Shown one piece after another: positions 35,590 to 54,549 of a stretch of DNA of 64,000 nucleotides. A program made the translations under genes and the position numbers. Location: assembly GCA_051294375.1 (NCBI GenBank), contig CM119269.1, forward strand, positions 18,240,410 to 18,304,409, in the 5' to 3' direction. Within the stretch, counting starts at the first letter, position 1, and each line of letters opens with the position of its first letter. This DNA comes from Paraspadella gotoi (taxonomy: Eukaryota > Animalia > Chaetognatha). The notes below the pieces were generated by a model, which ran no database searches, was not told the origin of the DNA, and saw only the letters and a program-made list of their open reading frames with translations.

Positions 35590-37659
35590 GGAAATGGAAG
35601 GACAATTTTAAAACACATTTACTCTATTAAGAACAATAAAAGGAGAATCAAATAATAAAAGAAAACTATATATTAATATATACATGAAAAAGTATTTGTA
35701 CGGATAAAAATGTTTTAATTTGGATAAGGAAGCATCGCAACGCGAAGCCATCTTCTATTTTTAATAGAAAAGCGATAAACAACGAAACAAGACAGCGTTG
35801 ATTTTTGCGTCGCTATGAGCAACATAGGGAGGCGGGGTGGAGGTAATGGCCAGTCTGGTAGAATTTGTAAGATTTCAGGGCGGAAACATGGGGTATAATT
35901 TCGAGATTGTCTCCGCCTTCCTCTTTCTTTCTCTCTCGTCATCATCTCTCGTCTCTCTCTCTCTCTCTCTCATCTCTTATCTCTCTCTATTTCGGTCGGT
36001 CGGTCGACCTTTTTAGATCCAACGTTGGCGCATTTTCTTAAAAGTGACGATGTTTCGAATAAAAACGTCAAAAGAATGACGTCCCAACAAAAGGAAATTT
36101 TAGAAAGAGATAGGGTGAGGAGGGGAGAGAGAGAGTAAGAAAGCGAGAGAGAGACAGAGAGGGAAAGAGAGGGGGAGATAGAGAAAGAGAGAGGGAGAGA
36201 CTCAGGGAAGGAAGGAGTGACGGAAAAAAATGAAAAAAAATCAAATGGGGATGAGAAATCGAGAGGGAGAGAGAGAGAGAGAGAGTGAGAGAGAGAGAGA
36301 GATGGTGTAAAAACTGCCAAAAAAGGCGCCGGCGTCACTGGTTCCAAGCTAGATGGCGCTCGCGATCAAAACAGAAACTTTTTTCTTTTCATTCTCCTTT
36401 TTTTTTCTTTTCTCGAAACCGTCATCAATCAAAATTTTGTTTTCATTTTCAGGGGAAGACGCGAATGGGACCGTAACTTATTTTCATAAAATTTAAATAT
36501 CAAACCTAAAAAAAAAAAGTTGAAACAAATTTTGATTTTAAAACTACATAAATTAATTAATTCATTAATTAAGCCAAAGAAATTAACACAATTTAGTATC
36601 TCAAAACTAAGAAGAACTAGAAGACTAAAACTAAATGTCACCCTGACCTTCGACTATTTACTTTCGCTCTTTATAAATCTTGCACACGTTCGTCTCAGAC
36701 TCTGCGATTAAAATTCCTTCTTGACTCAATCGTATTAAATTTTGTTTTTTAAAGTTAATATTGCTCAAAAAAGTCAAGAAAGAGCGTTTATCGGCAGGCA
36801 AAGAGCCAAAATCTAAAACGCAAAAAGCCAAAATCCAGACAAAAACAAAAAAAAATCGACACCAAGTGAAAAAAAAAAAATTCTCGGAATCTTCGCCAAC
36901 TTCATTTTTTAGCGTCTTTTTCTTTCCGCCCCCTTTCCCTCCCCCAAAACCCCCACCCCCCAATGTCCTTTTTCATTCTTCCATACGCCCTCCTCATTCC
37001 TTCTTCATTCCTACTTCGACCCTCTCGTCCCTTTCTTCATTGTCGCCCCTATTTCTTTCTCCGGACGGTCTCTCCCCCCCCACGTCTTCTTTCTCTCCCC
37101 CGCCCTCGACACTGCCGTTTATTTTTCTCTTACGCCTGCCCGCTCTTTCTCGCTTTATTTTCTCGGAAACGCTGATTGGCTGTCATTTAAATATTTCGGC
37201 TGTTAGCGATTGGTCGCTGTGGATGTCTCTTTGCTGGGCGAAGCAGAATTTTATTGTCAATCTTCGTTAACTTACCTCCCGACCCCATTGTTTGAAGTGT
37301 TCTTACACTCTTTCTCTTTTGTCTTTTAAAATGACGTTCGAAATCCCCAAACGTCAGATGGCAAAAGTTGATTCGATTCCCAGGCCAATTCGAATCACGT
37401 TTCCATGCCAACAGGAAAGTCTCGCGTGGAATTTTCGCAACTACGTATATTCCATGATGCATTCGCCTAAAAAACTTTAAAATGCAATATTATGAACTGA
37501 ATGAAAGGAGAACCCAATTTTTTTTTAGAAAATTTCGTATCTGAATCCTTTTTTAATGCGAATGTTTTAATTTGTTTAAAATTTGTTTTTATTTGTTTTT
37601 ATTTGTTGCATCTTATTTTTCTCTTTACGATTGCACCATCCCTTACTTCATGGAATTGC

Positions 37660-37790
37660 ATCTTCTCTTTCCTTTTAAGATTACATCTACCTTTCATGTT
37701 GCGATTGCATCTTCCCTTTTCTTTAAGATTGCATCTTCCCTTTTCTTTAAGATTACATCTTCCCTTTCTCCTCTCGATTGCATCCGTCCC
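37660..37790. repeat. 24-bp minisatellite
   Basis: Unit TTAAGATTGCATCTTCCCTTTTCT repeated about 4-5 times with decay. Confidence 0.8.
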
Positions 37791-40631
37791 TTTCCCGAGA
37801 TCGCATCTACTCTTCCGCCGAGATCGCATCGGCAACGTCGCCGAGATTGTATCGCAGAATTTTCTTTGCTGTTGCGTCGTTTCCCCGGATTTGAGATGTT
37901 ATCTCGTTGAGAAGCGATTTCGTCTTTTTTCAGACAAACGATTTCAATTCTTTTCCCACCGAACGATCACATTTAAGCGAACCAGCTCCTTCTTAAATTA
38001 TACTTTTTATATTTGATCGTTTGCTGTGCCCAGAAAAACGATATTTTAGCATAACATTCGCTAAGTTTTTTTTTCATATTGTATTAGATAATTTTTTAAA
38101 TTCTTTTTGTCACGGCAATTTGTTTTGGTATTACTCCTAACCTTGACCTAATCCTGAACCCTAAACCCTAAATCCGTAATTTTAACTCGTCTCTGACTCT
38201 AACCCATATCCCTAACCTTAATCACAAACCAAGTCTCCTAACCTTAATCCTTAAATCTAACCTATTTTTAACTTTAAAAAATTAACCTAATTTCGAATTT
38301 AAGACAAAATGAGGCCACCAGGGTCGCAGTTGTTCTTTTTAATTTTTGTTTCTTCTATTTTATTCACTGCAATTATTTGATTTTTGTCGCAGTGCGCGTT
38401 TGATTGAAAAGTTTTTTGATGTCTTTTAAAAAAATATTAAATAAATGTTCGACAACAACATGAGTGACTTGGACGATTAAAAACAACGACGACGATGACG
38501 ACGACAGAGACAACGATGAGAAGAACGAGGACGATGAGGACGACGATGAAGACGACAACGACGAATAAACCGCGGCTAAATGAAATACAAAGTCAAAGGA
38601 GCCGGATTAAGATTAATGAGTCCCAATCGAAATTCCATTTCCCTTCGAACCGACGCATTCATAATTGGAAAAAGCTACAAAAAAAAAAGTCCGGGTTATT
38701 CCTACTTTTTGAATTCTAATTATTAGACGAGAGAGATGAGAGATGAGCAGAGATGAGAGGAGAGAGAGGAGAGAGAGAGAGGAGAACGAATGAGAAGAGC
38801 AGAGAGAGAGAAGAGATTTTATAACGAAAAGGGATTAATAGTGAAGTGCGAAGACTATGTAGTATGCAGATCCTAGGTCTCCGTCGGCCGCCCGCTGCCG
38901 CCGCTCGCTGTGCCGCCGACCGTCGCGCTCAAACGACCGACTCCAAGCGCGAAGCGCCACCAGCGTCTGGAACAGGAATTATTCATAAAATCCGAGAAAA
39001 AGTAATGAAAACTGGGACATCAAAAGGACCATTAGCATATTCTTCGGTGGGGAAAAAAGAGAATGAGAAAACATGACGACGAGAATGAAAGAGAGAAAGA
39101 AAGAGACAGACAAGAAAGTAGAAAGAGAGAAAAAATATCAAAGAGAGAGGAGAGGAGGAGGAAAGAGAGAGAGAGAGAGAGAGAGAGTAGAGAGAATCTA
39201 TTTTTAATTATAATCACTCTAGGAGAGAGATGTTTTTATGCAGCGCCGAGTTGTTGTTGTTTGCTAGTTTCCGCATTCAAACAATTGCCAGACGCCCAAA
39301 CCGAAAATTGAGACATTTGCGACTCAGATTTCGCGATGAGAAAAATGTCGACGGATCCAGAATTTGAAAATCCGGATACCCGACGAGAGAGAGAGAGGAG
39401 AGAGAGACGAGAGAGGAGAGAGACGAGAGAGAAGATGAGAAGAGGAGAGAGAGAGAGAGCAGAGAGAGCGTTTTATTCGTTTAAGTTTAAATTTTTGTTT
39501 ATTTTTGACAAAACGAATTTCGCATACATTTGTGTCTTATAACATTCTCTTTTGGCGATGTAGAAGACTTTCACCAATCAGCTAACCACGACCAGTCTAA
39601 ATGTTAAATATTCTTATTTTTATAACCTGTATGGACGCTTGCATCTCGATAGCTTTGCCTATCCCTAATTGTTTAAAATCTATTTTTGTGTTGTACTTGC
39701 ATGTTCTAGATAACTTTTGAAAAAAACGAGAAACTTTTATCCTTTCTTGTGGTGGTCCACAGTCCATCGCGTCGTTTCTTCACCGGATCCCTCATCCTTT
39801 CCAATCCATGACTCTTCGGAGAGACGAGAACTTTAACTTGCCTTCCCTTTCCCTTATCGCTTTTATTTCGAGAAAAATTATTACATCTCTCCTCTCTCTT
39901 CCTCCTCTCTCTCTCCCTCTGCTCTCTCTCTCTCTCTCTCTCTCTCCTGCACTTATCTCATTGACGTTCTTAACAAGGATCAGGTCGTTCTGTCGTTTTT
40001 ATTCCGCACATCTCGATACATAAATCTCTTTTTTTTTCATTGAGCTTAAGCGCCCCCCTCTCTCTCTCTCTCCTTCTCTCTCTCTTCTCTCTCTCTCTCT
40101 CTTCCTCTCTCTCTCTCTCTCTCTCTCTCCTCCTCTCGCTCACAAAATCCGTTGCTAAACATTATCACTTATTTTTAACCATTACGAATTCCACAAAAAA
40201 AGTCGCTATTTTTTCTTCGTCCCCAAAGATTTAGTCGCGATTCCTTTTCATTTCCGCAAATTCCATCGACATTTCAGCTTGCATTTAATTTTCTTTTTCT
40301 CTCTCTCTCTCTCTCTCTCTCACTTAATTTTTTTGATCCCCAATTTTAGTCTTTGTATCTTTTATATTCCCGTTCAAATTTTTTATCTCCCTTCTGCTTC
40401 TCCAAATTATTTCCCCCTTTTTATATTTTTTTTTCCTTTTCCCCCCCGGAAATTCCCTTTGGCTCCGTTTTATTAGTTGTTCCGTTAAATTCCGCTTGAG
40501 GGACGAAATTGTAAAGGGCGAAAATCTCAAACCCAAACAAAAAGCAAAACAAACAAAGTCTAAGAAGAAAATAATAGTATAATACGACGTCAATATGACG
40601 GCAAAGCTGACAAAGACGACAATGACAATGA

Positions 40632-40702
<71 letters not shown>

Positions 40703-40979
40703 TATATATATAAATTTCTGTGAACGAATTAAAGAATCATTTTTCAAGGAATAGAGATATCGCCAGGAAATCAAGAGAGAAAATTGTCTATGCTAAAATG
40801 TAATTTTCAATCACCCACTTTTCTCCACAGATCGTGGATGACACCAAAGAATAATAGTAGTAATATACGCATATATATAAACAAAGATTCTACTCAAAAC
40901 GTTTCATGTATTTTTCATTTCAAGAATGCATTGTCGTCGTTGTCGTCGTCGTCATCCTCATCGTCGTTGTTTCGCTGGT

Positions 40980-41043
40980 AAAAGATCTCACAAAAGATCT
41001 CACAAAAGATCTCACAAAAGATCACACAAAAGATCTCACAAAA
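40980..41043. repeat. 12-bp tandem repeat (AAAGATCTCACA)x5
   Basis: Directly visible; one unit is a variant. Confidence 0.9.
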
Positions 41044-41796
41044 TCGCTCGGTTCCCCAGAGACGAAACGTGATTCGCGATTTCGGTCGAAGGAATTCCTC
41101 ACCTTTGCCTTCGCAGCCTCACCTCGTAGATTCACCTTTCTTCTCCCTCGCTCTGACTCACTCCCCGCCATCCCCTCCACTCCCCCGTCCACAACCCCCG
41201 TATCGAAATTCACTCCATAAATTCATCCACTCATCACTCAACCAATTCCCGACTTGCTTTTCGCATCTCACGATCAAGAATTTCGATAACCGTTAAGAAC
41301 CGAATTTTCCCGTTTCCCATTTCATCAGAGGCGCATATTTACCCTTTTTCATCTCATATTCGCTTTATTCACCCTCCACTCACCCTCAACCTCAACCCTC
41401 TCCTCCTCCCCCCTTCTCCCCCCCCCTTTCTCCCGGTGAAATCGATTAATCATTTTGTGGGAAAGAAAGAAAAAAAGAAGAATCGCGACGAAATTGTGAA
41501 GAGGCGAAGCGAGGCGGTGAAGAGAGAGCGAGACGAGATTTCGTCGTCGTCGTCTTCGTCGTCGTCAACGTCAACGTCAACGTCGTCGTCGTCGTCGTCA
41601 TCCCTGACGCCGTGTCAGTTTTGGTCGTTGTCATCGTCAACTGCAGTGATTGACAATTACATCGGCGTATTATTGGCCATTGGCCAAGGTCGTCGAACGT
41701 TGTCCTCATTCTCGTCATCGAGGTAGACATTGTTTTTTAAACCCTGACTTCGTCGTCAACGTCACCTTCTTCTTTGACTGTTTGTCATTCGTAGAA

Positions 41797-42362
41797 GCTC
41801 GAGTGATCGTTTCCAGCGTTCACAATTCAGCTCGAGTTCAGTTCAGTTCAGTTCGGTTCACAATTCAGCTTGAGTGATCGGTTTCCATCGGGTCACAATT
41901 CAGCTCGGAGGTTCTGTTCAGTTCAGTCAGTTCAGTCACAATTTCAGTCTGAGTGATCTGTTTCCACGTTCAGATCACTTCGAATTCAGCTCGAGTTCAG
42001 TTCAGTTCAGTTTCAGTAGTTCACAATTCAGCTTGGTGAGTTCACGTTCACATTCACTAGTTCTGACCATTTCAGTTCAGTTCACAATCAAGCCTCAGTG
42101 ATCTTTCCATGTCAACAATTCGCTCGAGTTCAGTTCAGTTCGTTCAGTTTCAGGTTCAGTTTTCACAATTCAGCTCTGAGTGTTGCGTTTCACATCGTTC
42201 ATACGATTCAGCTCGATTGTTCTTTCAGTTCAGTTTCAGTTCACAATTCAGGCTCGAGTGGATCGTTTCCATCTTCACAATTTCAGCTCGAATTCCAGTT
42301 CAGTTCAGTTCAGTTCAGTTCACAATTCAGCTCGAGTGATCGTTTCCATCGTTCACAATTCA
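41797..42362. repeat. ~60-70 bp degenerate satellite containing (GTTCA)n
   Basis: Unit GCTCGAGTGATCGTTTCCATCGTTCACAATTCAGCTCGAGTTCAGTTCAGTTCAGTTCACAATTCA. It is clean at both ends and indel-riddled in the middle. Confidence 0.85.
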
Positions 42363-45300
42363 ACATACAAGTCATCATCGCGCTTGAAAATTCCCCGGTG
42401 AATCCGCGCAACAAACAAATCCCACAAAATCCATCTTTCGCCCTTCTGTAGTAAAATAAAAAAAAAATAAAAAAAAATGGGCTGAAATTCCCGAAGGCGC
42501 GGTCCTTCTCTTCTCTCGTTGATATATATCCTATCATTGGCGTCGTCGTCGTTTTCGTCGTCGTCTTCGTCGTCTCAGCGTCTTCGTCTTTGTGGTTCGC
42601 CTTGTCATCCTCATCATTGTTTCCATTGTCGTCGTCATCATCATGTCAACCCCGCTTTCGCCGTCGTTCTCATAGTCGTCGTCGTCGTCATCGTCCACCC
42701 ATCGACCCTCACCCAATCTGCCTGACCTTCTTTCCTCCTTCGATTTGGAATCCGAATTTCCCTTTGGATTCGCATACAAAACTTCACCGCTCTTGCGGTC
42801 GCCGCCGATGCCGCTGCCGCTGTCGCCGCCGCTTCGGCCGCAATTTCTGCCTCCAACGCCGCCGTCGTCGCGTCGCCAAAGGGACAGATAGTACAGATGC
42901 CGAAAAAGCCAATGACTTCACTCGAAGCCTAAGTTGGCGAAAGTGTGATTCGTCTGATGCCGACGCCAGCCTAGTAAATGACTCTCCATTCGCCGCAGCA
43001 GCTGTCAAGGTTGCTCCCAGTCCGCAGGCGCTTACCATTTCCCCTTTCCGTCGCTGGATTCGTACCTGCCGCCTTTGCAGCCTCTGCCGTCTCCGCCGCC
43101 TTCTCCTTAGCCGCTGCCCTTGTCATCTTTAGACTTTCCTGTTTCTCATAGTCTCTCTTTCGCTTTGCCTGCCTCACCTTCTAAGCTTACCTCACCCTTA
43201 ATCCTTTATTCATTATGTTTTATCAGCTTTCCCACTTCTCTTTTCTCCTCCTTTCTGCCTTTTCTTTATTTGTCAAACTTTTCACAAACCTGTATTATGT
43301 ATGTATTATGTAATATGTATTATGTATTCCCTTTCCGTTAACCTCTTTCTCTCCTACCTCATTTTCTTCTCACCACCTCATTCCTTTTTTTCTTTCTTTC
43401 CTTTTTTTTTTCTTTCCTTCTTTCTTTTACTTCTCCGCCGGCCGCAACCGTCGTTCCCTTTGATCTTTCCGTCAATGGCCGCCGCCTTTTTCAGCCTTTG
43501 ATCGGCGCCGCCGCCCCCCCCCCCAAAAAAAAAGTCCGGCGTCAGCGACCATTAACGCCGGTATTTTTTACGGCGTCTCTTTCGGCACAGTCGCCGATTT
43601 TCAGTTCCTATTGCAACGCCATCAGCGCCGCTCTCTCTCGGAACGGAGCCGCTTTGAAAAAGAGCGGCGCCTTTCGCGCCACTGGAATCAGCGACTCGAA
43701 AATCCCGGCGTCTTTGATGGAGCGAGAGAGAAATTAAGGGAAGTCGAGAGAGAAAAACGGGAGAGGTGGAACGGAAGTGAAAGAGAAAGAGAGGATGGAA
43801 AGAAGGAAAGAAAGTAAATAACTCATAGAGTGATCGGATAGCGGTTGCCAGTGGTAGAAAAAAGGAAAATCCGGAAAATTTAATCCCACCATCTCCTGGG
43901 TAAATCGACATTAAAAACCGAACAAGGACTCTGCTGTCCAACTGGGCAAGAGAGAACTGCAAATACAAAATGAAAGGGGGCTAAGATCTCGTCTTGACAC
44001 CACAGAATATATGTCCAAACTCAGTTTTTTTTTGTTTAAATGCTTATGCCAGTTTGAAGTGCCGTAACTGTTAATTGTTGGACGTATCAGAGGATGCACA
44101 CGCCAGATCTGAGATCTTGCACTCAGCTGTTCTCGTCGGCGACGTCGAATTTTGCAAAAGCCGGTAGTAGACACCGAGCTCAATTCAGAACCCACCGTCA
44201 TACTAACGATCTCCGTCAAACGAGTAATCAGCTAACCAACCGAGCTTTGTAATTTTTAAGACCCAACTCCCCGGCGTATGTCTCCCGACTATTTGGTTTC
44301 TTGTTGTGTTAATGGTGTTAAAAAGGTGGTATGATTTAATTAAAAATATCATTATTTTTTCTTTTATTTAAAAATGGAGCATAGAGGTAAGTTGGATACC
44401 ATCGTCGCTCTTGTGTGGGTTCAGCATTAATTATGAGAATTATAATAAGACTAAGGTTAATCTAAAAAAATTCAAAGAGCAGGATGTTACCAGACAGGAG
44501 TTCGGTATTAAAACAGCTCTTCTTCAAAATTAATTCATCACCATTACAATTTCACACACACCTCTCTGTCTATCAAAGCAGTATAAAATATACCCCAAAG
44601 CAAGAATATCAGTACCTCTGCACCCAAAACGATTTTACAAAAAACACAAACTATATACTTAAGATTCTTCTTCTTATACATTAAATTTTTACCCATAACT
44701 GTATCTTTAATTATGTAATTTATTATCTTTCAATCCTGCAATAAATCGATTCCTCTCATATGAACACGAGAGCAGAAAATCTCCAGTTGCGGAACTGAAG
44801 AGAAGTTAGCAGGGAATCTTTTTATCGAATTGGAGTTCAAATCCTACTTGCCATGTCTAATATGTTAAACGTCTGTAGTTACCACCTATGTCTCCTTTGG
44901 TGGAGCATTACTTTTGGGAAGAGTTCATCTATTCAATCTCTCTACTACTCTCATTCTTCTTCATTGCGCTCTCATATTTATAACTCATACATCACGTAAC
45001 TACTATACCTGATCTACACGTCCTCTTCTCTCAGTCTCCTCTCGTCTCTCTCTCTCCTCTCTTATCCCTCTCTACCTCTCCATCATCTCACTACTTCATT
45101 CTCTCTTCGTTCTCTCCTCTTTCTTCCTACTGAATACTCTCCGGAATTTTACGGATAAAACCATCATTCGAAGTGTGCATTAATTCACTCATATACCACT
45201 GACTGTGTACGATTATCAACTTCATCATGATAATACCTGCACTCACGAAAAGGGAGAGTAGGGGAAGATTCGCTACGCGAGCCACCCATTTGTAATGTTT

Positions 45301-48300
45301 CTTAGGTTTTACTCTTGTCTCGAGAGAAAGATCAGTTTTAAATATGATGGCCATATCTTTCCGTGATTCTTTGGTTTTTCCCGTTACTATCCCTTCTGCT
45401 TTCCACCTTATTTGCTGTGGTATTTCTCGTTTCCATTTTTCTTTTCTTCTCCCGATTCTTCATTGTTTTCTTCACTTTTCTTTTGCTTCTGTCATTTCTT
45501 TTCTTCTCTCTTTTTTTTTTTCTTCCTTTCTTTCTTTCATTTTATTCTTTCTTTCTTTCTTTCTTTTTTTTGTCGCTCTTCATTCGAATGCCAGATCAAT
45601 CGAACTGGAAAAAGAGCAATAACTTAACTAGAAACATCGATTAGTTTTTAAGGTTATTTTTCGCTCATTCCTCGTTTCTTATTACCCGCATCCAGCGAAC
45701 CTCACGGATTCCAGTATGTTTCTCTCTCTCTCTCTCTCTGCTCTCTCTCTTCTCTCTCTCTCTCTCTCTCGTCTACTCTGCTCCTCTCTCTCTCTCTTCT
45801 CTCCATCTCTCCTGATAACGATATCCGTGCATCGACGTCACTCCCCAAACGAGGCATATGTGGTTTATAACTTGTGGCTTTGCTATGTTATTACATGTCA
45901 AAAGAAAGTAAAAGGGGAAACGTCGTTCGTTCGGCACCTGATGGCGCTAAAGTTCAATTTCTTCCTTCCTGCATTTTCTTTTCTAGTTTGGAGTTTGTTA
46001 TTTTTTTGTTTGTTTTGTTTTGTTTGTTTTGGTTGTTTTTTTTTTTGTTTGTTTTGTTGTTTTGTTTGTTTGTTTGTGTTGAGTTTGTTTGTGTGTGTTT
46101 GTTTGTTTGGTTTGTTCTGTATTTTGTTGTTTGTTGTTTTGTTTGTTTGGTTTGTTTTTGTTTTCTTGTTTTCTTTGGAGTGTTCTTGGAGTTATTGTTT
46201 TCTTTGTATTTTTGATTTGGTATTTCTTTGTTTTTCTTTGTTTTGTGTACATGACAGTGTGACGTTGACAAAACCGTTGAGGCGGCGAGATGACGAGCAC
46301 CACGCAGGAGCGTGTCAAACGAGCGGGAAAAGGCCGAGAGAAGCGGGTATGGAAGAGCGCCCCAGCTGCCGCAGAGGCCACGCACCGTAACCCCTGGAGC
46401 CAGAAACTAACTCTACGAGCAAATTAAAAGAATTCAATGACATTGGAAACTCCGGCAGCAAGAAATGGCTCTGCGTGGGGGGGATTTGAAGGAGGAGAAA
46501 AATCGGCTCGACGATTGTAGATACGCCGCACCAGCAGTCTCGAAGAACGGGGACTCTTTCCTTGTCTCACGTGTTCAGCGTGTCATTCTGCAATCTTGGT
46601 CTTGTAAGTGTACCTATGTGTCCGGCGGTGTCATTCTCTTTTGTTGTTGTGCATGTTTCGAGTATATGACTAATTTTCTCTCCTTAATGCCTGCTGATAA
46701 CATTACCTGGATTATTCTTTTCTTCGTGTTTCGTTAGTTTCTCGTATGCGTGTCTTTTAGCATGTTCGTATAAATTCCGAAATATATCCTCTCTGTGGTG
46801 TCAAATTTTAATATCGGTATCATATTTCTCGCGTTGATATCCCGTGTGTCGGGATTACTCGCAATGAAGCCTTATGCCTCCTCCTACACATAATGTGTCG
46901 GTAAATTCTCAGTCTGCGTTGCACATGGGGATACTGCAGAAAGCCTACCCTCCCATCTCCAATGTCTCTGGCATAATTTCCTGGTTCGCGTAGTGTACTC
47001 GACACTAATTCTGAGAAGCCACGTTCTCTCTCCCTTTAACTAATAATTGTTGCGGCTATATATCCTCTATGTTGCGCAGTATTCGTTACAATTTCCTCAG
47101 ATTAGCTTTTCCATGTAACCTCTCGTCTCCACCCTGCTCATCTCTCTCTACAAATAACTGAGTCCAGTGAGTATACTCTGGTTAGAGAGTAAAAGAAGCA
47201 GTGAGAAAGATTAAATTTTGTATTGTAACGACGCGCCCCGCGAACAAATATCCGAGGAATATTGGTAGTTCAGAGATTTCGGGATTTCGCAGAACGCGAA
47301 GGGTCTCCTCTCTGGCAATTTTGATAGCGAACTAAATCTTCGCTGAGAGTCCGCGCATATATAGACAGAAATTTTATACAACCCTCAGCCGGTACCCCCA
47401 CCAATAATAGCTCTCGCTCTCGCGCGTACAAATTATTGAGGCTAGATAGCGGGGTGGCGAGACCCTATAAGACGGCGGGCAGCCCGCCCCTCGACCACTA
47501 TATATAGAGATATACGTGCGTGACGAGACCGGTCTTCCAACTAATCGTTACGAAACTGTGTGAGTGAAGAAATGTAATAATCCGTCTATTTACCAGTGAA
47601 CATGTCGATGGACTGTGTGTCGACCAGTTCTAATTGTGACATATCTCGATATATTTTATATATTGTTTTTTTCCTTTAAACACTTTAACATACATTAGAG
47701 ACTTCATGAACTGCGCTTTTTATATATCAACCATATATATTTAAGAGATATAGTCTTCCCTTATACACTCGCACTTCAGCGTGGCGTCATCGTCACATCC
47801 TTTGTATTGCGTTTAATCTTCGTGTCCTTCTTAATCAATGATGAATGGTCTCGTCACGCAAGTTTTCCAGAATCTCAGTCTCTTATACGCCCTGTAATCT
47901 TCGGCAAGTGCTTGATTTTCGCTGCTTCTAGTGGCTCCAACTTTCTGGCGATATCTTCCTGGCTCTCAGCTATCGTCTATTGCTATATGTTCAAGTCATC
48001 TGTATTACTATTCCTCGTCACCTCACTACTTGAGTCGATAGATGTACTCGATAGATGCATGACGCCAGATGCTATGTCATGACACCGCACCCGAGATGCA
48101 GCACTATCCGCAGTTGCATGCATACGAGAAGAATCCCTAGATCGCACGCACTTCCGGAACATAGTAAAATCCGCTCCAAGAATCGAGAAGGGAAAGTCAG
48201 GGTCATTGGGGAGGATCGCGAAAGGATGCAAAAGCCCCACCCCCATGTGGGAGCTTAGTAGGCGCAGAGGCGATCATATTGGGGTCAAGAAGGAGAGGGT

Positions 48301-48369
48301 TCCCGAAGAATTGAGTGGAGGAGAGTGATGGAGAAGAGAGAGATAGCAGAGAAGAAGAGGAAGATGAGA

Positions 48370-52900
<4,531 letters not shown>

Positions 52901-52928
52901 CTCTCTCTCCTCTCTCTCTCTTCTCTCT

Positions 52929-52965
<37 letters not shown>

Positions 52966-54463
52966 TTCCCTTTAATAGTACGTAGTTCAGAGTTTAACAA
53001 AGAAAGAAAGAGCCAAAGAACAGAAAGAACTAACGACACACAACAAACAAAACAGGCGTAAGATAAGTGAACTTCGGCAACAGAAGAGGAGAAACCAACG
53101 ATTACACGGCTGAGCCGATTAGGAAAAAAATGGTAAACGGCTGAGCCGATTGGGAGAGAAAAAAAATCATAAAATATAGGTGAATAATTGACATCGTTGG
53201 GTAATAAAATATATCAAAAAGGTTATATAATGGAGACTTCGAGAAATTTAAAAGCACCCGCTTATATGGCGAAACCCCGTAATAGAGGGAATCGCAATTA
53301 TGTGTAGCATGTTGATAAAATTTCGTCTTAGCCGACTCGGTGAGAGATAGCGCTTTAAACAAAAACTCCTGCGATCAAGTTGAATCAAATTTTTGGTTTT
53401 TGTCCCCCGAAAAAAAATTTATTTTATCTCTTTATTCGAATAATAATAAGTGAAAGAGAGAAATAAAGGTGGAAGAAGGTTATGAAAAGCTANNNNNNNN
53501 NNNNNNNNNNNNNNNNNNNNNNNNNNNNNNNNNNNNNNNNNNNNNNNNNNNNNNNNNNNNNNNNNNNNNNNNNNNNNNNNNNNNNNNNNNNNNNNNNNNN
53601 NNNNNNNNNNNNNNNNNNNNNNNNNNNNNNNNNNNNNNNNNNNNNNNNNNNNNNNNNNNNNNNNNNNNNNNNNNNNNNNNNNNNNNNNNNNNNNNNNNNN
53701 NNNNAAAGGAAAAGTAAAAAGGAAGAGTCCTTCTTTGAATTTCTTTTCATCGTCGAGCGATTTTTCTCATTAATCACGAAACACCTTTTTGCGCCGCATT
53801 TCTTATTTCTTTGTAGTCTCTCTCTCNNNNNNNNNNNNNNNNNNNNNNNNNNNNNNNNNNNNNNNNNNNNNNNNNNNNNNNNNNNNNNNNNNNNNNNNNN
53901 NNNNNNNNNNNNNNNNNNNNNNNNNNNNNNNNNNNNNNNNNNNNNNNNNNNNNNNNNNNNNNNNNNNNNNNNNNNNNNNNNNNNNNNNNNNNNNNNTCTT
54001 TCTATATTTATCTCCGTCAATTTGATGCAAATGCAAATCGATTTTGCTTCCGAAATCGATATTCATGAGGCAACAAAAAATCGTTGTTGTTATTGACGAC
54101 TGACGAGAACTTAATCCGTTAGTTTTTTTTAAATCGAACATAAAAAGTAGTTTTAATTATTTCCAGTTCACCTGTTACTTGGCAACGGATTGACTCATTC
54201 GATTAAAAGATTCCCTTTCTAACTTCTCTTCAGTCCACTGAATTTCTGCTCTCGTTTTGAACAACGGCCAAATGTGGGGTTTTTTTTGTGTGTGTGTGTT
54301 TAAAGTTTGCAGGTTCTTTTGTTTTTGCTGTCTAATATACTACAGTAGAGATAAATTTACACATCGCGGTAAGGAAATTACCTTAAACGAAAAAACTAAG
54401 AAAAAAGGAGATTTTAAAAAAAATACTTTGTGTTTTTTTCCTTTCTGTTTCGTTGTGATTTGA

Positions 54464-54549
54464 TTTAGAACAAAGTTTGAAGAGAGATTTAACAATGAAA
54501 CTATGAAATAAAAATCGTTGTTAAATCTCTCTTCAAACTTTGTTCTAAA
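54464..54549. other. Perfect 32-bp inverted repeat forming an 86-nt hairpin
   Basis: TTTAGAACAAAGTTTGAAGAGAGATTTAACAA (54464-54495) is the exact reverse complement of 54518-54549; three more pairs (including one G-U) close a 16-nt loop. Confidence 0.9.

Noticed and set aside
38135-38265. Telomere-like CCTAAC/CCCTAA repeats
   Set aside because: Highly degenerate, short and internal; a common low-complexity repeat, not a telomere.
41797-42362. Repeat-spacer-like array (CRISPR?)
   Set aside because: The intervening sequences are themselves repeats (GTTCA), the context is eukaryotic and there are no cas genes; it is a satellite.
46400-48360. Apparently unique high-complexity sequence
   Set aside because: No coherent ORFs or splice pattern; it continues a degrading duplicate and most likely represents low-quality raw read sequence.
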